64,000 nt of DNA from an uncultured Candidatus Saccharibacteria bacterium (GCA_964556125.1 CAZKUW010000002.1:37380-101379); one strand, 5' to 3'; positions 1 through 9,909 are shown, counted from the stretch's first letter. Numbers and translations: made by a program. Notes: generated from the sequence alone by a model not told the origin.

Positions 1-248
1 CACAACCAACACCTGTTTCTGACGACGAAATCCGAAAGATCAAGAAGCGAATGGGTGTTGAAGATCCTAAACACTTCATTGATTTCTCTGAAGGTGAAGT
101 TATTAGCATCACTGATGGTCCATTCAAGGGCTTTGATGGCTCAATCTCTGAAATTGACAACCAAAAAGGTAAAGTCAAAGTCATGGTCAGCATGTTCGGT
201 CGTGATACTTCAGTCGAACTCGACGCATTGCAGGTCAAAAAGGTCTAA
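1..248 (+). CDS. nusG: NusG C-terminal (KOW) fragment, 5' end outside the window
   Basis: The frame is open from base 3. GEVISITDGPFKGFDGSISEIDNQKGKVKVMVSMFGRDTSVELDALQV matches the NusG KOW domain, and the gene lies upstream of rplK as in the canonical cluster. Confidence 0.85.
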   Translation, partial: QPTPVSDDEIRKIKKRMGVEDPKHFIDFSEGEVISITDGPFKGFDGSISEIDNQKGKVKVMVSMFGRDTSVELDALQVKKV

Positions 249-249
249 T

Positions 250-606
250 ATGCCCGGCGCCGGCGAAAACGAGGCTGGAAAACCTTCGGACGTCCCCAAC
301 TATGGTGAATATCGTATCAGCCAACTGATGGATGAGATCCACGATACGACCGATGCACAACTGTTGCGAAGCATGCGTGACACCCTCATGTCTGCGCAGC
401 AGCGTGATCCGTACAACCAGCAGATTAGCCAAGCAATAATACTATTGAATGCTCATTGTCATAACCTGATCACTTTTGGGATACTGAGTCCGCACTCTCT
501 TGAAGAATCAAGCGAATATCCGCTAATACCTGATCGTGAACGCATCACAGGTGAACAGCGCAGACTAACCGATGTCGCATTTCGTGAGATTATTACAGGC
601 TTTTAA
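250..606 (+). CDS. hypothetical protein (118 aa) inserted between nusG and rplK
   Basis: The ATG at 250 directly follows the nusG TAA (taatATG). Track ORF 55..606 is this frame over-extended through nusG. No domain recognised. Confidence 0.45.
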   Translation: MPGAGENEAGKPSDVPNYGEYRISQLMDEIHDTTDAQLLRSMRDTLMSAQQRDPYNQQISQAIILLNAHCHNLITFGILSPHSLEESSEYPLIPDRERITGEQRRLTDVAFREIITGF

Positions 607-697
607 CCCCACCCTAGTCAAAACGGTTAATTTCTGCTACAATACTTCAGTTACGCACTAAATATCGCTTCAAATATATTTAGTACAAGGAAAAAAT

Positions 698-1123
698 ATG
701 GCAAAGAAAATTATTGGAAATCTAAAACTTCGTATCCCAGCTGGTCGTGCGACTGCAGGTCCTCCTGTTGGTTCAACACTTGGTCAATGGGGTCTGAACA
801 TGATGGACTTCATCAACCCGTTCAACGACGCAACCAAAGATATGATGGGTAAGGACGTGATTGTTCACATTCAAGTGTATGAAGACCGCACCTTTACTTG
901 GAACTCACTCGGTCAACCAGTTGACGATATGATCCGCGATGCAATTGGTATCACAAAGGGTAGCGCAAAGTCTCACACCGACAAGGTTGGTAAGATTACT
1001 CGTGCTCAACTTGAAACTATTGCCGAAGCGAAAAAAGATCAACTCAACGCAATCGATCTTGAGGGTCGCGTAAAAGTTATCGCTGGTACTGCTCGCTCAA
1101 TGGGCGTTGAAGTCGAAGGCTAA
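698..1123 (+). CDS. rplK: 50S ribosomal protein L11
   Basis: 141 aa. IPAGRATAGPPVGSTLGQWGLNMMDF and the C-terminal ITRAQLETIAEAKKDQLNA are typical of L11. AAGGAAAAAA lies upstream of the ATG. Confidence 0.95.
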   Translation: MAKKIIGNLKLRIPAGRATAGPPVGSTLGQWGLNMMDFINPFNDATKDMMGKDVIVHIQVYEDRTFTWNSLGQPVDDMIRDAIGITKGSAKSHTDKVGKITRAQLETIAEAKKDQLNAIDLEGRVKVIAGTARSMGVEVEG

Positions 1124-1455
1124 TAACTCTCACCAGGTGTAGGTGGTAAATCTGTAATAGGCTCTCCGATGGAGGGCCTATTTAGTTCTACGGGATCAAC
1201 TCTATTCTTCATTTTCTTTTTAACATACTTATAGACAGCATCCGGTTGTCTCAATAATGCGACACTCGGTATTTGACCGCCAAAAGCTTTCTTTCCAAAT
1301 GATCGAAAGTACCAATCACTAATCCTTGTTTCATTCCCTCTATAGTAATGGGTGAGGATCTCTCTTATTTTAGACTCGATTCTTTCTCGTCTTGCTACCT
1401 CAGCCTGAATCTTGTCGACATCGTCAATAATTTCTGGTTTTGACTTCTCATTCAT
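1120..1455 (-). CDS. small protein with a DUF2384-like (Xre/MbcA/ParS antitoxin C-terminal-like) motif
   Basis: 111 aa. WYFRSFGKKAFGGQIPSVALLRQPDAVYKYV fits the W..(n)..(F/L)GG..P..LL pattern of DUF2384. Assigned by eye only. Confidence 0.5.
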   Translation of the reverse strand: MNEKSKPEIIDDVDKIQAEVARRERIESKIREILTHYYRGNETRISDWYFRSFGKKAFGGQIPSVALLRQPDAVYKYVKKKMKNRVDPVELNRPSIGEPITDLPPTPGESY

Positions 1456-1560
1456 AGTGTTTATTATGCACCTACATTCTCATAGGCCAAAACTCGCTTT
1501 TTTATTGCTTTTCACTGAGGAAAAGCTTATGGTAAAAGAAGTAAATGAGGGATTGTTAAC

Positions 1561-3345
1561 ATGCACGCGAACGAATTACATGATGCTGATGAAGCACCGG
1601 AAGTATTACCTCCTATCGAAGAACCAGATGCTGCTCAAAATATTGAGCCAGCCACTCTAGTCGAAGAAGCGAAACCACCAAAGAAAAGTCATAAAAAACG
1701 TATTATTTTAATCGTTCTTGGCGTCCTTGTCGTGGCCGCTGCAACGACTACAGCGTTATGGTTCTTTTTGAAGCCTGCACCAGTCGCCCAGACAGAAACA
1801 GTAAAAGAAGAGGCGACACAACCAATCCCTGAAGCAGATGCTCTTGCTCGATTCACCACTCCAACGACCGGCGAGACATGGCTTAGTGCGCCAAAACCTA
1901 TTGCCAGCCTCGGTTATATACAAATAAGTGATGGTGAAGATGATGCTAAATACTACGAAGTAGGAAAACGTGGTGAAAACACTATCATTATGACCGTTCA
2001 GAGTTTCATCGGAGACTCAATCGAGCTATTTGAAAAAGGTCCGAATGGGGAAGCCACGGTGATCGTCAGGCCAAATGCGAACCTTGACTACACATTGAAG
2101 GAAAATGACACGGCAGACTCACAAAAAACTGACGGCCACTGGTCATACAATGTCGATGTCAGCAAGACAATTCATTATGATTCGCTAAGTATCCCGACAA
2201 GCTTCGATCTAAATGACAAAGAAAAGCTCGTCCCGACAATCTACAACTACCTTGGCAATCTGACGAACACAGACGAGGATACGACGAAACGAACAGTTGT
2301 AAAGAAACTCGGCAGCTCAAACCTCGTTAAACTCGAGCGTGCCTACGTCGATACGAAGCTGAGTGCCGTTACTTATGCCCTGGAATTACCAACAGGTACA
2401 ACGTCATACCTTACCTACGCACCAGTCCCAGAAAAAATTGATGACTTTACCTGGACAGACGGAATCAAGCGCGCAGGTACTATCTCTGGAGTAATCCGTG
2501 GTTGTGGAGCGGTTGGAAGCTCTGTCAGCCGACTCGACGGTGCTAGTGACACAGACTTTGTCAGTATCGGTAAAACCGCTGATGGACAAACTATCTACGG
2601 ATTCAAAAATGCGACGCATCCACTTCTAAAAGTTGACTATGACGAGTACGTTGAATCACTCAGCTATCAAAAAGATGTCACACCATTAACCTTTGAACAA
2701 TGGATGACCGATCATGCTATGATTGCCTACAAAAATAATGCTGGTGAATGGCTCATCTACAGCCAAGATAAGTACGCACTCGTCGGTGGATGCGGCAAAC
2801 CAGTTGTCTACCTTTACCCTACAAAGACGACAACTGTTAATGTAGCAGTCGGCGCTGACGTCACCGTCTCCGAGCCATACTATAACCCTTCAACGGGATG
2901 GAAGAATGTTGTTGCTCAACCGGACGGGCAACTCAACTATCAAGGGAGAAGTTACGACTCACTCTTCTGGGAAGGGACTGGCTACGGGCCTTACCCAGCA
3001 ATTACGAGCGGTACTGTCGTTGCTCGATCACAAGCAGAAACTACCATACGATCCCAGCTAAAGTTACAGGGTCTTAATACAAAAGAATCAAACGACTTTA
3101 TGGACTTCTGGACATCAAGAATTCCAAACACAGCCTATGTTCGACTTGCATGGTTTAGTACAAAAAGCCTTGATACACTCGCGCCATTGAAAATCAGTCC
3201 TGCGCCACAAACAAGCATTCGAGTATTCCTCGACATGCGCGGACTTGATAGTCCTATCTCAATCCCAACCCAGACCTTCAGTACACCACCTGCACGTAAC
3301 GGCTTTACCGTTGTCGAATGGGGTGGCCTGATCAGTGGTATATAG
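1561..3345 (+). CDS. membrane-anchored extracytoplasmic protein (594 aa), function unknown
   Basis: N-terminal TM helix IILIVLGVLVVAAATTTALWFF. The large ectodomain has a conserved-looking C-terminal block GGCGKPVVYLYP...SLFWEG...IRVFLDM. No named family recognised. Confidence 0.7.
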   Translation: MHANELHDADEAPEVLPPIEEPDAAQNIEPATLVEEAKPPKKSHKKRIILIVLGVLVVAAATTTALWFFLKPAPVAQTETVKEEATQPIPEADALARFTTPTTGETWLSAPKPIASLGYIQISDGEDDAKYYEVGKRGENTIIMTVQSFIGDSIELFEKGPNGEATVIVRPNANLDYTLKENDTADSQKTDGHWSYNVDVSKTIHYDSLSIPTSFDLNDKEKLVPTIYNYLGNLTNTDEDTTKRTVVKKLGSSNLVKLERAYVDTKLSAVTYALELPTGTTSYLTYAPVPEKIDDFTWTDGIKRAGTISGVIRGCGAVGSSVSRLDGASDTDFVSIGKTADGQTIYGFKNATHPLLKVDYDEYVESLSYQKDVTPLTFEQWMTDHAMIAYKNNAGEWLIYSQDKYALVGGCGKPVVYLYPTKTTTVNVAVGADVTVSEPYYNPSTGWKNVVAQPDGQLNYQGRSYDSLFWEGTGYGPYPAITSGTVVARSQAETTIRSQLKLQGLNTKESNDFMDFWTSRIPNTAYVRLAWFSTKSLDTLAPLKISPAPQTSIRVFLDMRGLDSPISIPTQTFSTPPARNGFTVVEWGGLISGI

Positions 3346-3609
3346 TTACCGAAAGAGATGAGGCTTTGTCAAGAAATAGACAGCTTTGACAAGCCGATCT
3401 GGTGCTTGAGAGAAGGCGACTTCCGGACTCATACCGCCTAGATAATCGTTATTTGCGGCCCACCAGTTATTTGTCTTCTGAGTATCATGTCCGAAGTGGT
3501 CGAACACCATTGCTCGCAAGCCTGCGATAGCTTCATTGATTTCACCAAGATCACTAAAGGTAGGAAGACGTTCGATAGGGTGTCTGTTTGTCTCTAGCTC
3601 TGAATACAT
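3346..3609 (-). CDS. small protein with a DUF2384-like motif (second copy)
   Basis: 87 aa. NNWWAANNDYLGGMSPEVAFSQAPDRLVKAV shows the same W...LGG.sP pattern as 1120..1455. Confidence 0.5.
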   Translation of the reverse strand: MYSELETNRHPIERLPTFSDLGEINEAIAGLRAMVFDHFGHDTQKTNNWWAANNDYLGGMSPEVAFSQAPDRLVKAVYFLTKPHLFR

Positions 3610-3638
3610 TCACCCTATAGTAGCACCGGGTTCAAGAC

Positions 3639-3667
3639 TTGGCTAGCATAAGCTTTTGTGCTATAAT
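3639..3667 (+). promoter_or_regulatory. sigma70-like promoter for rplA (TTGGCT-17 bp-TGcTATAAT)
   Basis: -35 TTGGCT at 3639-3644, a 17-nt spacer, and an extended -10 TGcTATAAT ending at 3667, about 68 nt upstream of the rplA ATG. Confidence 0.55.
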
Positions 3668-3734
3668 AAATGTATAACAATCAATGTTGGGAGGCCTAGA
3701 CAGCCGTTTGCACCACAGAAAGGGTTTATACCTT

Positions 3735-4736
3735 ATGGCAAAGAAAGCCGACCTGCTCGCGCAGGCTAAAGACCTTGGTCTTGAAGTATCAGAAAAGAGT
3801 ACTATCGCTGAAATCGAAGCAGCGATTGCTGGTGCATCAGAAACACCTGCAGCACCTGCAGACGTCACAAGTGACGTTGTTCCTGAAGAAACCGTTGCAA
3901 AAGCTGGCAAGCGAAGTGCGAAAGCTATCGCAGAAGCTGAAGCTAAGTTAGAAAAAGAAGCACGTAAAGAAGCAGGCGACACGACCCCAACTGATGGTGA
4001 AGAGTCAACTGTGAAACGTGGTCCACGTCCTGTGACTCGTCCTTTGATTGAGCGACGCGGAAAGAACTACCGTAAAGTTGCTGAACAAGTTGAAGCAAAC
4101 ACTCTTTACTCTCTTGCAGATGCAATGGAATTGGCCGTTAAGACTAACCCTGCTAAATTTGATGCTAGTGTTGAACTTCACATTCGTCTAAACGTTGACC
4201 CACGCCAAGCAGACCAAAACATCCGTGCAACCGTCTCACTTCCAAACGGTACCGGTAAAACCATTAAGGTTGCCGTTTTTGCTCCGGAAGCTGACCACAA
4301 AGCAGCCAGCGCTGCAGGTGCTGATATCGTTGGTGATGAAACCTTCCTCGCTCAACTTGATAAAGAAGTTATCGACTTCGACATCTTGATTGCAACACCA
4401 CAATTCATGCCTCGTCTTGGTAAATACGCACGTCTCCTCGGTCCACGCGGCCTCATGCCTAACCCTAAGAGCGGTTCTGTTGCAACTGATGTTGCAAAAG
4501 CCGTCACTGAAGCAAAGGCTGGTAAAGTTGAATACCGCGTCGACAAGCAAGCGATTGTTCACCTCAGCATCGGTAAAGTAAGCTTCGGTGCAACTAAGCT
4601 AAACGAGAACGCTAAAAGCTTCTTCGACAGCCTTACAAGCCAAAAGCCAACCACTATTAAGGGAAGCTTCGTTAAATCTATTAACGTCAGCACTTCAATG
4701 GGTCCTGGTATTAAAGTCGAAAACTTTATTGCCTAA
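3735..4736 (+). CDS. rplA: 50S ribosomal protein L1 with an N-terminal extension of about 115 aa
   Basis: The canonical L1 core starts near GKNYRKVAEQVE...FDASVELHIRLNVDPRQADQNIRATVSLPNGTGK. The start is placed at the internal ATG 3735 (MAKKADLL...); the track ORF starts at 3684. Confidence 0.9.
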   Translation: MAKKADLLAQAKDLGLEVSEKSTIAEIEAAIAGASETPAAPADVTSDVVPEETVAKAGKRSAKAIAEAEAKLEKEARKEAGDTTPTDGEESTVKRGPRPVTRPLIERRGKNYRKVAEQVEANTLYSLADAMELAVKTNPAKFDASVELHIRLNVDPRQADQNIRATVSLPNGTGKTIKVAVFAPEADHKAASAAGADIVGDETFLAQLDKEVIDFDILIATPQFMPRLGKYARLLGPRGLMPNPKSGSVATDVAKAVTEAKAGKVEYRVDKQAIVHLSIGKVSFGATKLNENAKSFFDSLTSQKPTTIKGSFVKSINVSTSMGPGIKVENFIA

Positions 4737-4750
4737 GCTACCTGTTCATA

Positions 4751-4780
4751 AAAAAGATCTCCGTGACGGGGATCTTTTTT
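4751..4780. terminator. bidirectional intrinsic terminator between rplA and the convergent ORF
   Basis: AAAAA-GATCTCCG-tga-CGGGGATC-TTTTTT: an 8-bp stem (one G.U pair) flanked by an A-run and a T-run. Confidence 0.75.
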
Positions 4781-5543
4781 ATTGCTGGGCGTTTTCATTG
4801 GGTTCTTCAATAATGGTTGGTTGCGTCGATATCTCGGGGCGCCGACCAAACATCGATTCCATAATCGTTCTAAACAATGAACCCGTCGATTCATTAGCCT
4901 GAGCGGCTTCTACTTGTTCGACTTCGGCAGCAGTTGCAATACCCGCCGTCACATCAAATGCAGCTAATTTTAGTGCTGAGGGGTGACGAGCAATATACAG
5001 ATCTCTCAGATCACGCAATACCTTTAAGTGAGCATTTCGCTGTTCGATCTGTTTTGCATCGGTATCTCTTTGTAATGCACTTATTTCTGCCTGGAGTCTT
5101 TCGATCGTTTTCAAACTTTCTGCGTACAGTTCGGTTGGATCTTCTGAATTAACAATGGCAATAGATTGCTCAAGGGTCGACGTGACGAACTGATCGACTA
5201 AATGCGGAAGTGGACCGCCCTGGCTCCCTCTGGTGAGGTTAATCGTCCCTTCATTTGCCGCCGCTAGGACATCTGCTGCAAACCGTCGACGTTCGGATTC
5301 GTAGTGTACGACATTATGCACAGCAGCCGTTGCAACATCGAGAGCACGAATCTCAAGTAGTGGACGGGAATAGTCAGATGCCTCTTGAGGACCAATAGGG
5401 AATTCGTGAATAAAATCTGTGAAGTGTCGCGGGCCGATAGGCTCATCATAGAGAAGAACAGGTCGATCATCTGCCTTTGGAGTAGGGATATCATCTATCG
5501 GCAACCGTTCAGTGCTGGGGATAGACGTTTCTGTGTAAGTCAT
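4779..5543 (-). CDS. hypothetical protein (254 aa)
   Basis: Long ORF convergent with rplA, with a coiled-coil-like central part. No family recognised. Confidence 0.55.
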   Translation of the reverse strand: MTYTETSIPSTERLPIDDIPTPKADDRPVLLYDEPIGPRHFTDFIHEFPIGPQEASDYSRPLLEIRALDVATAAVHNVVHYESERRRFAADVLAAANEGTINLTRGSQGGPLPHLVDQFVTSTLEQSIAIVNSEDPTELYAESLKTIERLQAEISALQRDTDAKQIEQRNAHLKVLRDLRDLYIARHPSALKLAAFDVTAGIATAAEVEQVEAAQANESTGSLFRTIMESMFGRRPEISTQPTIIEEPNENAQQ

Positions 5544-5740
5544 ACAGACTACTCCTTGAACTTTGTTTGCTGATACTGCGTTTTTGTTTGGTGTTTAACG
5601 TCGCTACGACAAATTATACCATGAACGATATGCTTGTTGTGAAAAAAATCCCGATTTGACAGATGGTAGCGCCATTTCAGTGATTGTCATACCGCATATG
5701 GTGTGCCATCATTGAATTAACACAGTTCTTAGGGGAAAAC

Positions 5741-6670
5741 ATGAAACAATATTTAGATTTGCTACAAGATATTAAAGATAATGGAACCATAAAAAAAGAT
5801 CGTACTGGCGTTGGCACGAAGAGCGTCTTCGGACGTCAAATGCGATTCGATCTGACAAAAGGTTTTCCAGCAGTCACGACAAAAAAGCTCTATATGAAGG
5901 CAGTTGTTCATGAATTACTGTGGATGCTTCAAGGCACCACGAACATACAGTATCTTGTAAAGAACGATGTAAAAATCTGGAACGAATGGGCCTATCAAAC
6001 CTATCTTGAAAAAACGGGTCTTGATAAAAAACTCGAACGCTATTCTGATGAATGGAGCGAGGAATTAAAAAATTTCGTAAAGAACCTTAAAGAAGATGAT
6101 GAGTTCGCAAAAAAATGGGGTGAGTTAGGGCCAGTCTATGGCAAACAATGGCGTCGATGGACAGGTGAAGATGGAAAAGATATTGATCAGATTGCAAATA
6201 TCATAGACCTGATTAATAATGACCCGACTTCGCGACGAATTATTGTCTCAGGTTGGAATGTCGGCGAAATCCAAGAACTGATCCGAAGTCATGACCATAC
6301 ACCCCCTCCATGTCACAGTCTTTTTCAGTTCATGGTTATTGACGGAAAACTATCATGTCAGCTCTATCAAAGAAGTGGTGATGTTTTCTTAGGCATTCCA
6401 TTCAACATTGCATCCTACGCACTTTTGACACATATGATCGCACAAGTAACTGGCCTTGAGGTAGGTGATTTTATTCACACACTTGGCGATGCTCACATTT
6501 ATCTCAATCACTTCGATCAAGTCGATGAGCAGCTCTCACGCACACCACTTGCGCTGCCGAAGATCAAATTGAATCCAGCTATCAAGAGTATCGATGATTT
6601 CACCTACGATGATATCGAACTCGTCGACTACGAATCATACCCAGCTATCAAAGCACCTATCGCCGTTTAG
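5741..6670 (+). CDS. thyA: thymidylate synthase (ThyA, long form)
   Basis: [32 protein letters not shown] and [22 protein letters not shown] are ThyA signatures. AGGGGAAAAC lies before ATG 5741; track ORF 5684 is over-extended. Confidence 0.93.
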   Translation: MKQYLDLLQDIKDNGTIKKDRTGVGTKSVFGRQMRFDLTKGFPAVTTKKLYMKAVVHELLWMLQGTTNIQYLVKNDVKIWNEWAYQTYLEKTGLDKKLERYSDEWSEELKNFVKNLKEDDEFAKKWGELGPVYGKQWRRWTGEDGKDIDQIANIIDLINNDPTSRRIIVSGWNVGEIQELIRSHDHTPPPCHSLFQFMVIDGKLSCQLYQRSGDVFLGIPFNIASYALLTHMIAQVTGLEVGDFIHTLGDAHIYLNHFDQVDEQLSRTPLALPKIKLNPAIKSIDDFTYDDIELVDYESYPAIKAPIAV

Positions 6671-7149
6671 CGGCGAGTATAGCGAACAAAGTCGAACGCA
6701 TATTTATTGCGTTCGTCTTTTTCGTGAGACTCACGAGAGACTTCTCGCCATATCGTCAGATCAATAGGTGGGAAGAAGACTGTCGCCTTGTCGAAAGTTT
6801 CCTGTACTTCTGTGGCTTCAATCACGTCAGCGTTTTTTACTGTTTCAGCATAAATTTGAGCGCCACCAATGATAAATATCTCGTCAGTAGCAAGATCATA
6901 GGCCTCATCCAGAGTACGAGCGACCTCAACTCCTTCTGTATCTTGCATCGAACGACTGACAACTATATTTTGACGATTCGGAAGTGCGCGTCCAATTGAA
7001 GTAAACGTATTACGACCCATGATGACGGTGTGACCGGTTGTGAGATCCTTAAAGTGTTTGAGGTCAGCCGGTAGATCACGGAGCCACAATAAATCATTAT
7101 TTGCGCCAATGCCGTAATTTTTATCAAAAGCAACAACAATTGTTTTCAT
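6667..7149 (-). CDS. folA: dihydrofolate reductase
   Basis: 160 aa. [51 protein letters not shown] and [10 protein letters not shown] are DHFR motifs. Confidence 0.9.
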   Translation of the reverse strand: MKTIVVAFDKNYGIGANNDLLWLRDLPADLKHFKDLTTGHTVIMGRNTFTSIGRALPNRQNIVVSRSMQDTEGVEVARTLDEAYDLATDEIFIIGGAQIYAETVKNADVIEATEVQETFDKATVFFPPIDLTIWREVSRESHEKDERNKYAFDFVRYTRR

Positions 7150-7197
7150 GACCTTATCTTAGCATGCTACAATCAAAGAAAGTGAAGGGGAGAACAG

Positions 7198-7872
7198 ATG
7201 AGTGTCTATAGCAATATAGAAATTGAAGAAGCGATTAAAGATGGTCACATTATTTTCCATCCATACCGTCCAGAACATATTAATGGAAGTAGTGTTGACG
7301 TCACACTAGGTGAATGGTTTTACCGTACCGACCGAAAAAGTCCGGAGAGCGTCTACAACCCGTTCGACAAGATCGAGGTTGATCGTTATTACGGAGAACC
7401 ACAAAAAGCTATCACTCATGCCGAATGGTGCAAGCAAACTGGCAACAAACCCCTTGTTAACATTCCTGCCGACCATCCTGTTATCGTACTCGAACCGGGT
7501 GAACGCATCTTGGCTCATACCAACGAGTTTATTGGTATCCTCCCTCCGGGTACCACGAGTATGCAGTCACGTAGTACTTGGGGACGTAATGGCGTCGCAG
7601 TATGTTTTGACGCTGGTTGGGGAGACCCTGGCTACGTCAACCGCTGGACACTCGAGGTATACAACCTTAATCAACGTCACAGTATTGTACTTCCTGTCGG
7701 TGAGCGTATTGCTCAGATTGTCTTCTTCCACACTGGAGAAGTCCGAGGCACTTACGCGAGCTTGAGTGGAAAGTATACTCTCGGGACAGATCTCGATGAA
7801 CTCATCAAGGGCTGGGAACCACAACAAATGCTCCCACGCGCTTACAAAGATAAGCGACAAGGAATCTCATAA
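7198..7872 (+). CDS. dcd: dCTP deaminase family protein
   Basis: INGSSVDVTLG..., a Ser/Arg-rich QSRSTWGRNG block and GWGDPGY..RWTLEVYN resemble the dCTP deaminase/dUTPase fold. Confidence 0.75.
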   Translation: MSVYSNIEIEEAIKDGHIIFHPYRPEHINGSSVDVTLGEWFYRTDRKSPESVYNPFDKIEVDRYYGEPQKAITHAEWCKQTGNKPLVNIPADHPVIVLEPGERILAHTNEFIGILPPGTTSMQSRSTWGRNGVAVCFDAGWGDPGYVNRWTLEVYNLNQRHSIVLPVGERIAQIVFFHTGEVRGTYASLSGKYTLGTDLDELIKGWEPQQMLPRAYKDKRQGIS

Positions 7873-8550
7873 GTGGGTATTTTCATTGCTATCGAAGGTG
7901 GTGACGGCTCCGGGAAAGCAACCCAGACGAAAATCTTGGCTGAGTACGCTGAAAAAGAACTCAAGAAAAATGTCTTCACTATCGCATTCCCACAACACGG
8001 CGAGTTCTCATCCTATTACGCTGATCAGTACCTAAATGGTGCCTATGGCGGCGTCAATGACGTCCATGCTGATCTTGCCAGCCTGCCCTATGCGATTGAC
8101 CGTTTTGCTGCGAGTCCGAAAATTCGGGAGGTGCTTGATGATCCCAATGGTCTCGTGATCGCTGATCGTTACGTGGCCTCAAACCTTGCACACCAAGGCT
8201 CTAAACTGAGTGACCGGAAAGAGCGTCATGAATACTACGACCGGATGATGCAAACAGAGTTTGAAGTCCTCGGTATTCCTAAACCTGACGTGAATATTAT
8301 TTTATTAGTGCCTTCTGCAATTTCTCAGGAAAATATTGATAAAAAAGAAGCCCGTGGCTATACGGACATGAAGAGAGACATCCACGAACAAGACGCAAAC
8401 CACCTTGATCGTACAAAAGCTAACTACGAAGAACTGACGGAAATATATCCGGACTGGTTCCGCGCCATTGATTGCATGAATGACCAGGGCACTATGCGTT
8501 CCATCGAAGCTATACAAGACGACATTCGACGACTCCTTAAGGCCGTTTAA
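7873..8550 (+). CDS. tmk: thymidylate kinase
   Basis: GTG start. P-loop IAIEGGDGSGKATQ and DRYVASNLAHQG are typical of Tmk. Confidence 0.9.
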   Translation: MGIFIAIEGGDGSGKATQTKILAEYAEKELKKNVFTIAFPQHGEFSSYYADQYLNGAYGGVNDVHADLASLPYAIDRFAASPKIREVLDDPNGLVIADRYVASNLAHQGSKLSDRKERHEYYDRMMQTEFEVLGIPKPDVNIILLVPSAISQENIDKKEARGYTDMKRDIHEQDANHLDRTKANYEELTEIYPDWFRAIDCMNDQGTMRSIEAIQDDIRRLLKAV

Positions 8551-9736
8551 TAATTCGGCTCATCAAGCGGCGGAGCGGAGACTCTTTTGGTTTACCAACA
8601 TTCAGATTATCGAAAAATGCTTGAACCTCAGGTGATGGATAAATCTTTGTATTGTTTCGGACTGCTGCAATTTCACTCGAGAGTGTCACGTTATTGAGTC
8701 GTTCTTGAATATGCTTAGAACTATCTGGATCTTCGTCGGAGAAGTAATATTGTCGAGGAAGATGCTCCCTTTCGATACCTTGCTCCTCTAACATTTCTTG
8801 CTGCTTCGCTACTTCTCGAGCCGTAGTAGGGTTGTAGGCATAGATAGTTGAAGACATAGAGATAGCATTCTTTTTCTTTTTTGAAGTAGAAAGTTCTTCA
8901 ATAAACTCTTTGTAAGGTTCGAGGAGTTTTTCTTGAACAAGTCCTTCTTCCATTTGAATCATCCTCATCATTGCGACACCTTCCTCACCAAATTCTTTAT
9001 AGAACCGACTGTCCTTATCAGTCCGAAGAACGAAGGATGAACGCTCACGTACAATTGTTCCATCAGGTAGGGTCGCAAGTGTCTTTTTTCGAGTCATCAG
9101 TAAGCCTGCTGGAATACTCAGATCTCCTTCTTCAAGAGCTAGACCTTCATCACTCACTGCTTCCTTTACCCTAAAACGAGGCTCCGACGAATCGTCAAGC
9201 TTCCCGCCCAACAGATCAACAGCATACGAAACAGCTTTATGCATAGCAGCGAGCGATTCTTCATGTTCTCCGTATGGATGTGTAAGGCAGGCGAGTTCGA
9301 TACTTCGAATCCCAAGTAGATCCCGAACCAATAGCAATTCAGCAGGTGATGCCGCTCCTAGTCTTGCTCTTTCAACAATTGCGCTGAGTCGTAAGTCCAA
9401 TACTGGTAAAGCGTCGTAGCGAAGTGCTGTCATAAAATTTTCATCATTAGCTTTGGCGCGATTGCTAAATCGGATATCAAACGTATCCCGAATATAGCTA
9501 GCAATGCTCAGTGGAGTTCCATCTGGAATCGATAGCAATAATTTATGAAGCTCGAGACGAATTCTTTTTTGTGACCCCATCGTCAAAGGGCGATCAAGTG
9601 GCGTTGCGCCAAATGTAAGGTCTTCACCTTTTGGAGCTATCTCAGATAATACTAATAGGTCACTATCGAGTGAGTAAAAAGGGCCGGTATTAAAAGAGAA
9701 CTCGCCTGTAGCCTCGTTATTTGCTTGACCTACCAT
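8537..9736 (-). CDS. hypothetical protein (399 aa)
   Basis: Long ORF convergent with tmk, overlapping its 3' end by 14 nt. No family recognised. Confidence 0.6.
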   Translation of the reverse strand: MVGQANNEATGEFSFNTGPFYSLDSDLLVLSEIAPKGEDLTFGATPLDRPLTMGSQKRIRLELHKLLLSIPDGTPLSIASYIRDTFDIRFSNRAKANDENFMTALRYDALPVLDLRLSAIVERARLGAASPAELLLVRDLLGIRSIELACLTHPYGEHEESLAAMHKAVSYAVDLLGGKLDDSSEPRFRVKEAVSDEGLALEEGDLSIPAGLLMTRKKTLATLPDGTIVRERSSFVLRTDKDSRFYKEFGEEGVAMMRMIQMEEGLVQEKLLEPYKEFIEELSTSKKKKNAISMSSTIYAYNPTTAREVAKQQEMLEEQGIEREHLPRQYYFSDEDPDSSKHIQERLNNVTLSSEIAAVRNNTKIYPSPEVQAFFDNLNVGKPKESPLRRLMSRIIKRP

Positions 9737-9796
9737 ATCAGGTAGTTATTATACCATTCTAGAGACATTCTGTCTAACTATTTACAGAGGTGAAAC

Positions 9797-9875
9797 GAGC
9801 CCCGGCGTATGCCTGGGGCTCTATAGTGTGAGGGAGTTCCGGCGAGCGGAGCCGTCGTCATTGACGGCTCCGCTC
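9797..9875 (-). terminator. two GC-rich hairpins downstream of GC-islet gene B
   Basis: GAGCCCC..GGGGCTC (9797-9821) and a perfect 13-bp stem GAGCGGAGCCGTC-gtcatt-GACGGCTCCGCTC (9844-9875). T-runs are weak. Confidence 0.5.
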
Positions 9876-9909
9876 GGGCTCAGGGATGGGCTCGCACGAG
9901 ATGGGTGAG

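Noticed and set aside
55-606. 183-aa ORF 55..606 overlapping nusG
   Set aside because: Its first 65 or so codons are an alternative frame of the well-supported nusG KOW region. Only the part from ATG 250 onward is plausible.
3632-3982. Antisense or alternative-frame ORFs inside rplA, rplL, dnaX, dnaB, the ABC permease and the P-type ATPase (for example 3632..3982, 11091..11468, 15357..15842, 16718..17131, 28822..29286)
   Set aside because: Each lies inside a gene with unambiguous family motifs and has low-complexity composition.
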